In this document: positions 59,401 to 64,000 of the stretch, one piece after another
How positions within the stretch are numbered: the first letter of the stretch is position 1
Layout: the number at the start of each line of letters is the position of its first letter
DNA from: Planctomycetota bacterium
Lineage (GTDB): Bacteria > Planctomycetota > PLA2 > JAEUHO01
NCBI GenBank assembly: GCA_965222115.1
Contig: CBDCTJ010000007.1
Span: 2,400,001-2,464,000, forward strand
Reading direction: 5' to 3'
DNA: 64,000 nucleotides
Notes under the pieces: generated by a model
Told to the model about the DNA's origin: nothing
What the model saw: the letters and a program-made list of their open reading frames with translations, nothing else
The model's database searches: none
Position numbers and translations under genes: made by a program

Positions 59401-59752
59401 CATCGATGGCATCTACGGGCGCGGCGCTCAGCTCAAACTGAACGGAGTTACTGTTCGCCCGCGCGTCGCGCCCATCGAAGTCGCCGATCAGCCCATGCGC
59501 ATAGTCGTGGATCGCTGCGGAATCGTTCATGGAACTGTGGGACTATCGGATCGCATACGTGCCGGTGCCGACGTTGTGATCGAGCGTTCCGATGGTGTGC
59601 ATGAGCGAGCACCCTTGCAACGAACGGGCGCGTTTCGGTTCACGCGTGTGTTGCCGGGCGACTACGTCCTGCGCCTGGGCCAAATCGAACTCGCCGTCAA
59701 GGTCAAGGCCGGCGAAACGACCGATCTGGGCGCACTGCGCGTCGAGAAATAG
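56417..59752 (+). CDS. ECF sigma-70 factor fused to TM and multiple carboxypeptidase-regulatory-like domains
   Basis: Region 2 (DARDVAQSVFL..FRSWL..I..N), region 4 (LSLSEIAEIL..P.ST...RL.RG), TM, then beta-sandwich repeats. Confidence 0.9.
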   Translation: MSMDAELLERYRTQGDRDALNELLGRHYPHVYQVALRLVHNEFDARDVAQSVFLKAIRSVHQVRNPRAFRSWLLKITVNEVRGGWRKQQRAPHLEQLFGEIVRTQPATQSKQASRREFELALENTLESMPPELKAPLVLRYYQALSLSEIAEILELPKSTAQFRLQRGVRRLRRRFGRKRLSLMAPYLSEISIPGTASALVTVGGLFCMKTIMIGVGAVAVILGVLLFLLKAEPPSFYAPSTAKGETDSHESDEDRDSPPKLTASTTSETTSQESSETIADVVTTTGPGVIGGVVLAEARGHPVSHARVVVRYARHHRNNWVTDDHPNACANVYSTDRNGEFRCHELPVDRVYDLHVSHPDFGYVERCGVTLSVSSQHVNMGVVELPEQRALRGIVRDVNGTPVAGVNIYAGDYDRALPMLSPTLSSTLRRGVTTTSDRHGKFTLHGLAPGFHRLLAMHPGYASTVRSKVFVPRTAKPAHIDVTLNAVNVTSGLVLDEQKHPIANALIIVNIDEFFERGSRGFSYRHHWSRIQSDERGIWRVTDFPADGPYTVSIRIEKEGYQPKDVEYIGLGSKLMPVTLTSSDTKLGTVVSGTIVDDRGALVDASNGQVWLVSVDKPRIAGTFDSLTSQYSFEGIAPGLYSIHADLLGYRRGIKSDVRVASSPLPDIRVSVLRGLTLNGRILDAKTDEPIPGAQLIYRGFTIHADTMGAYELGGLSSGRTTVGAIGLRAAGYFDASPSYFAPKDARHHTLDFKMIPVDEGITVLGKIVDAFGKPIAGAHVRYKTVDGVVRSVSAFSKRDGSFEFPPQKADALESTVTLMVTHSRFAPLEVGVPKAEAHLPNTVVLNPGRSVAGTVKDSRGKRVSHAHVTAVIGRVPTRLKEGAFDDREVASAREIGSVLADARGDFVIEHLPSEALTLLVTGTRVRYTMGKDHIGHVIAKGASDVVGVSVPIEREQIAEGVVVYGDGTPAHDVSLRASSTFAWTPVREDGSFRIDGIYGRGAQLKLNGVTVRPRVAPIEVADQPMRIVVDRCGIVHGTVGLSDRIRAGADVVIERSDGVHERAPLQRTGAFRFTRVLPGDYVLRLGQIELAVKVKAGETTDLGALRVEK

Positions 59753-59878
59753 CCAGCTGGCGGCTTTGAGACCAGGGCGTATCCGGTTCATTTGCTTCGT
59801 GCACCAACGTAGGGACTAAGTGTGTAAGGGCTTCGCCCATTCGAGCGATTTTCTGCGCTCTGTCGTAGTCTTTTGGCG

Positions 59879-61549
59879 ATGGAGCCCGAAGACGTCCGCT
59901 ACCTCGCTGCTTTTGACAGCTTCCGCTTACCGCAACACCTCACCGACGTATTGGTGATCGGCACGGGCGTGGCGGGCTACTCAGCGGCGCTTTGGGCCGC
60001 ACGTGGCGGCGCGCGCGTCATGGTGTTGGCCAAAGGCGAGCCGGGCGAAAGCAATACCGCCTACGCGCAGGGAGGCATCGCGGCGGTGCTCGCCGATGCC
60101 AAGAGCCGCAGTGATTCTCCCGAGGCTCATGCCGCCGACACAATACGCGTAGGGCACGGCCTGTGCGACGCTACGGTTGTCGAACGCGTCGCGCGCGAAG
60201 CGGCGGATCGCGTCGCGCTGCTTCAGGAACTCGGTGCGGCGTTTGACCTCAATGAAAAGGGCGTGTTGGCACGCGGACTCGAAGGTGGACATAGTCGGCC
60301 ACGTATTCTTCATGCGCGCGGTGATGCAACCGGCGCCGAGATTCGCGATGTGTTGGCCAATGCCGTGACGTCCCACAAGAATGTAACGCGCTGGGGCGGT
60401 GCATTTGTTGTCGATCTTTTGAGCGACGACGACGGGCGCTGTCGCGGTGCGCTTGTGTTGTCGCGCGGGCATTTGCGTTGCGTTTGGGCGAGTACGGTCG
60501 TTTTAGCAGCGGGTGGCTACGGCCAGATCTATCAAGAGACGAGTAATTATCCCGGTGCATGTGGCGATGGGGTTGCGGCCGCGTTCCGTGCTGGCTGTGC
60601 AGTGCGTGATATGGAGTTCATTCAGTTTCATCCCACCACGCTCTATCTCGCGGGTGTACCGCGTATGCTGATCACCGAAGCGGTTCGCGGTGAAGGTGCA
60701 CACATCGTGGATGGTAATGGGGAACGATTCCTAAAAGACGTTCACGAGCAGGCCGAACTTGCCCCGCGCGATGTGCTTTCGCGATCCATTCTCACTCGCT
60801 TGGCGAATCCGGAACATGGCGGGGTGTTTCTCGATCTGCGCCATTTGGATACTGAGAAGATGACGAAGCGCTTTCCGGGTGTGGCACGTTCGTGTGCGGC
60901 GCATGGATTGGATATTGGCGAGCATCGCATTCCCATTCGACCTGCCGCGCACTACACGATTGGCGGTGTGATTGCCGACATTGAGGGGCGAACGGCAATT
61001 CCTGGCCTCCTGGCGTGTGGTGAAGTGTCGTCAACGGGATTGCATGGCGCCAATCGACTCGCTAGCAACTCACTCTTAGAGGGCCTCGTTGCAGGGCGTC
61101 ATGCGGGGGAACACGCGGTTCGCGATACGCGCGGAAAGAACGTTCGACCCGTAAAGATTCGAAGCGATGTCGAGCGACCGCGCGAAGGGCGTATCGATGT
61201 GCGCGACCTGCGGATTTCGCTCAAGGCGCTCACATGGCGTGATGTTGGAATTGTTCGAAATGGCGCCGAATTGATGGGGGCAGAAGGCGCCATCACTGCG
61301 TGGGAACGATTCGCGCACCGGGTGGGGAGCGAGGAAGACACGCGTCGCCTGACGCTACTCAATATGCTCTGTGTGGCGCGCCTGGCGAGCAAAGCGGCCC
61401 ACATGCGCGAAGAAAGTCGTGGCACACACTTCCGTCTGGATTACAAGAAGCGGGACGACAAGGCGTGGCTTGGACATATCGTTCACGTGCGCGGCGAAGG
61501 AACACGATTTGAACGAATGCAGTCAGCAGACGACGGAAGCCGTGCATGA
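59879..61549 (+). CDS. nadB: L-aspartate oxidase
   Basis: IGTGVAG, AQGGIA, EGGHS, QFHPT, ITEAVRGEG, HYTIGG, GLHGANRLASNSLLE, ESRGTH. Confidence 0.95.
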   Translation: MEPEDVRYLAAFDSFRLPQHLTDVLVIGTGVAGYSAALWAARGGARVMVLAKGEPGESNTAYAQGGIAAVLADAKSRSDSPEAHAADTIRVGHGLCDATVVERVAREAADRVALLQELGAAFDLNEKGVLARGLEGGHSRPRILHARGDATGAEIRDVLANAVTSHKNVTRWGGAFVVDLLSDDDGRCRGALVLSRGHLRCVWASTVVLAAGGYGQIYQETSNYPGACGDGVAAAFRAGCAVRDMEFIQFHPTTLYLAGVPRMLITEAVRGEGAHIVDGNGERFLKDVHEQAELAPRDVLSRSILTRLANPEHGGVFLDLRHLDTEKMTKRFPGVARSCAAHGLDIGEHRIPIRPAAHYTIGGVIADIEGRTAIPGLLACGEVSSTGLHGANRLASNSLLEGLVAGRHAGEHAVRDTRGKNVRPVKIRSDVERPREGRIDVRDLRISLKALTWRDVGIVRNGAELMGAEGAITAWERFAHRVGSEEDTRRLTLLNMLCVARLASKAAHMREESRGTHFRLDYKKRDDKAWLGHIVHVRGEGTRFERMQSADDGSRA

Positions 61550-62874
61550 AAATTGATCGCGGACCCAAGGTTCGGCGCGGTGGGGGAGATCGCGAGAAAG
61601 CGATCCTCGTGGGACTCAAGTTGCCAGGCGATCCTGTGTCGTATCAAAAGCCCCTTGATGAACTCGAACGACTGGCCGATACTGCCGGCGCCGACACCGT
61701 AGACAAAATTGTGCAGTCGCGTGACCGTCCCGATGCCAAGACCTATATTGGGAAGGGCAAAGCCGAGGAAATCGGTGAGTTGCTGGTCGCCACGGGCGCA
61801 GATCTCGTGATCGTCGATCACGACTTGAGTCCGTCGCAGGCACGCAACCTTGAGAAGGTCATCAAAGGACGCGTGATTGACCGCACCGAGTTGATTTTGG
61901 ACATTTTCGTGCGTCGTGCGAGTAGTGCGATGGCCAAGGCGCAAGTTGAGTTGGCGCAGATGCAATACAGTTTGCCTCGCCTAAAGCGCTTGTGGACGCA
62001 CCTCAATCGGGAGGTGGCAGGCGGACGCGTAGGGATTGGTGTTCGTGGGCCGGGTGAAAAGCAGATTGAGACTGACCGGCGCCTCGTGCGGAGGCGAATT
62101 CGAGACCTGCAACGTGGACTGAAGGAGATGCAAAAGCATCGCGTGCTCCAAACCAAAGCACGCGACAAGTTCTTTACGATCTGTTTGGTGGGTTACACCA
62201 ACGCGGGTAAGAGCACCCTGTTGCGTGCATTGACCGGCGCCGACGTGTTCATTCAAGATCGGCTGTTTGCAACGCTCGATACCACCACGCGGGCCTGGGA
62301 AATTGCACCGGGCCGCAAGGTATTCTTGTCGGACACGATTGGTTTCATCCGCGATCTGCCCCACCATCTCGTGAGTAGTTTCCTGGCAACGCTCGAAGAA
62401 GCGCGGCGCGCGGATCTCCTTTTGCACGTGGTGGATGTCGCCGATCCGGATGCACTGGAACACGTCGATGTCGTTCAAGAGGCGCTGTATTCGATTGGTG
62501 CCAGTGCGGTGCCGCGCATTACGGTGCTCAACAAGATCGATCGTCAGCGTGATCCCGTAACGCTAAGGTTGCTCGAGGAGCAACGCGCGTCGTGCGTGCG
62601 CACCAGCGCACAAACGGGCCGCGGCATAGACGAGCTACGAGACGCGGTGTATGGCTACGTCACGCGACACCACGTCAACCTCACCCTTTCGGTCTCCGCA
62701 GGCCGGGGCAAGTTGCTCACGCAAATACGGGAGTGGGCCGAAGTTGACGCCATTCGCTATGACGGCGACGACGCCATCCTCGACGTCCGCATCGACCGTC
62801 CCCATGCCCGCCGCCTCCAGGAGATGGGCGTCCGCGTCCTTGAAGGTGCGGAGCAAATCGCCCTCTCCGAGTAG
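61546..62874 (+). CDS. hflX: GTPase HflX
   Basis: RGPGEKQIETDRR, GYTNAGKST, LFATLD, DTIGF, NKID. Confidence 0.97.
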   Translation: MKIDRGPKVRRGGGDREKAILVGLKLPGDPVSYQKPLDELERLADTAGADTVDKIVQSRDRPDAKTYIGKGKAEEIGELLVATGADLVIVDHDLSPSQARNLEKVIKGRVIDRTELILDIFVRRASSAMAKAQVELAQMQYSLPRLKRLWTHLNREVAGGRVGIGVRGPGEKQIETDRRLVRRRIRDLQRGLKEMQKHRVLQTKARDKFFTICLVGYTNAGKSTLLRALTGADVFIQDRLFATLDTTTRAWEIAPGRKVFLSDTIGFIRDLPHHLVSSFLATLEEARRADLLLHVVDVADPDALEHVDVVQEALYSIGASAVPRITVLNKIDRQRDPVTLRLLEEQRASCVRTSAQTGRGIDELRDAVYGYVTRHHVNLTLSVSAGRGKLLTQIREWAEVDAIRYDGDDAILDVRIDRPHARRLQEMGVRVLEGAEQIALSE

Positions 62875-62888
62875 TCGGCCAACTCTCA

Positions 62889-62960
62889 TGCGCCAAAAAT
62901 ACCTGGTATTTCTGGCGCACCGCGGAGCACGCGCCACAAAAGGCAGGCCTTTGTGGCGCG
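62889..62960. terminator. Two hairpins between convergent genes (terminator or REP-like)
   Basis: TGCGCCA..TGGCGCA and CGCGCCACAAA..TTTGTGGCGCG stems. Confidence 0.5.
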
Positions 62961-62985
62961 GGCCATTTCTGGTGGGGCGGGTGAG

Positions 62986-63999
62986 TTAGGTGGCGGCGGG
63001 GGCGAGTTCGGAGTCGCCCTCGACCTTGTGGGTGAGTGCCCAGGGAACGAGCATAACGAGCCCGTAGACGAAGGCGATAGCACCAAACACCAGCCACCAT
63101 GCGAGCCACACAAGGAAGATCACCGGGCTGAGGATCAGGAGCAGCGGATTCTCCAGGCACTTGGCGAGCATGCCCTTGGGCGGCGCGAAGCCCTTGATCT
63201 TCTCCCACAGCCACGGCAAGTAGAGCAGCAGCGGCGACGAGATGGCGATCGTCGAATAGGTACCGATGATCGAACCCAGGATCAGGAGGAACGCGAAGCC
63301 TTCCAGCACGTTTCGTTGCCCGATGTTGAACGCAAAGAGCGCCAAACACACGAGCAAGAACGTGGCCGACGTCTTGATGGTTCGCGCCAACGTCTGATTG
63401 ATCGACAGGTTGATCAATGGTGCGTCAATATCGGGTCGCTTGCCGCGGTTCTCACGAATACGGTCAAAGATGACCACCGTGTCATTGACCGAATACCCAA
63501 CGAGCGTCAGGAACGCGGCCACCATTGCCAGGTTGATCTTGGCATCCACGATTCCGAGCGTATTGGCGATTGCCACCAAGCCGAGCGTAATGGCGACGTC
63601 GTGGAAGAGACACAACACCGCCGCAAAGCCCATCGCCCGCGAACGGAATCGAATCGCGATGTACACAATGATGCCCAGCAACGACAACACGAGTGCCAGC
63701 ATGGCGTCGTTCTTCAGTCGCTGTGCGACGCTCGAACCAATCACGTCCGTCGAACGGAATGGTGCGCTCAAGCCGAAGTTTTCTTCACTGAGCCCAGCGT
63801 TTCCTACGTCCTTTGCAATCTCGGCGCGGAACTCAGGCCCGTCCAAGTACGCATCCAGTCGATTTTGAAGATCGTGCCAGTCGCCGTCGAGCGAGTCGCC
63901 GTTTGCGGCTGTGGTCTTAATCCAAATGTCAAAGGCGTTGAGTGCAGCAATCGGCTGTTTCGCCGGGCGTACCACCACCGCGCGTTTGAGTCCCTGGAC
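62986..63999 (-). CDS. secF: Protein translocase SecF / SecDF C-terminal part (5' end outside the window)
   Basis: YIAIRF, LFHDV, LTLVGYSVNDTVVIFDRIREN, SINQTLART, GTYST. Confidence 0.93.
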   Translation of the reverse strand, partial: VQGLKRAVVVRPAKQPIAALNAFDIWIKTTAANGDSLDGDWHDLQNRLDAYLDGPEFRAEIAKDVGNAGLSEENFGLSAPFRSTDVIGSSVAQRLKNDAMLALVLSLLGIIVYIAIRFRSRAMGFAAVLCLFHDVAITLGLVAIANTLGIVDAKINLAMVAAFLTLVGYSVNDTVVIFDRIRENRGKRPDIDAPLINLSINQTLARTIKTSATFLLVCLALFAFNIGQRNVLEGFAFLLILGSIIGTYSTIAISSPLLLYLPWLWEKIKGFAPPKGMLAKCLENPLLLILSPVIFLVWLAWWLVFGAIAFVYGLVMLVPWALTHKVEGDSELAPAAT

Positions 64000-64000
64000 T

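Noticed and set aside
1-64000. CRISPR array, rRNA, prophage structural genes, recognisable defence systems
   Set aside because: No regularly spaced repeat-spacer array, rRNA-like tract or diagnostic protein motifs seen.

Overview
GC-rich bacterial chromosome segment. Planctomycetota-like gene content is inferred from an ECF sigma factor fused to carboxypeptidase-regulatory-like repeats, a prenyltransferase/HEAT protein and a CxC..CxxC zinc-ribbon membrane protein. The backbone carries a GlcD-like FAD oxidase, nth, a degenerate PolX-PHP, an atypical cbb3-type oxidase cluster, pstSCAB plus a second pstS, nadB, hflX and secDF. Two tyrosine-integrase islands are present: about 8.3 kb in tRNA-Lys(CTT) (12397-20769) and about 7.7 kb in tRNA-Ala(TGC) (44872-52602). 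An ISL3 element with an 8-bp target duplication splits pstB. The most striking items are: (1) a 3354-bp element bounded by one pair of TGT..ACA inverted repeats that encodes two intact DDE transposases flanking two paralogous HTH proteins as one coupled operon; (2) an integrase whose reading frame runs through its att site, so excision would swap a 2-aa tail for an 80-aa tail stored at the far end of the island; (3) a run of small co-oriented genes in the tRNA-Lys island separated by a short conserved repeat, plus a highly structured leader before an unannotated 46-aa ORF; (4) a PolX-PHP with both active sites apparently lost, coupled to nth. All family calls come from motif recognition by eye; no database searches were run.
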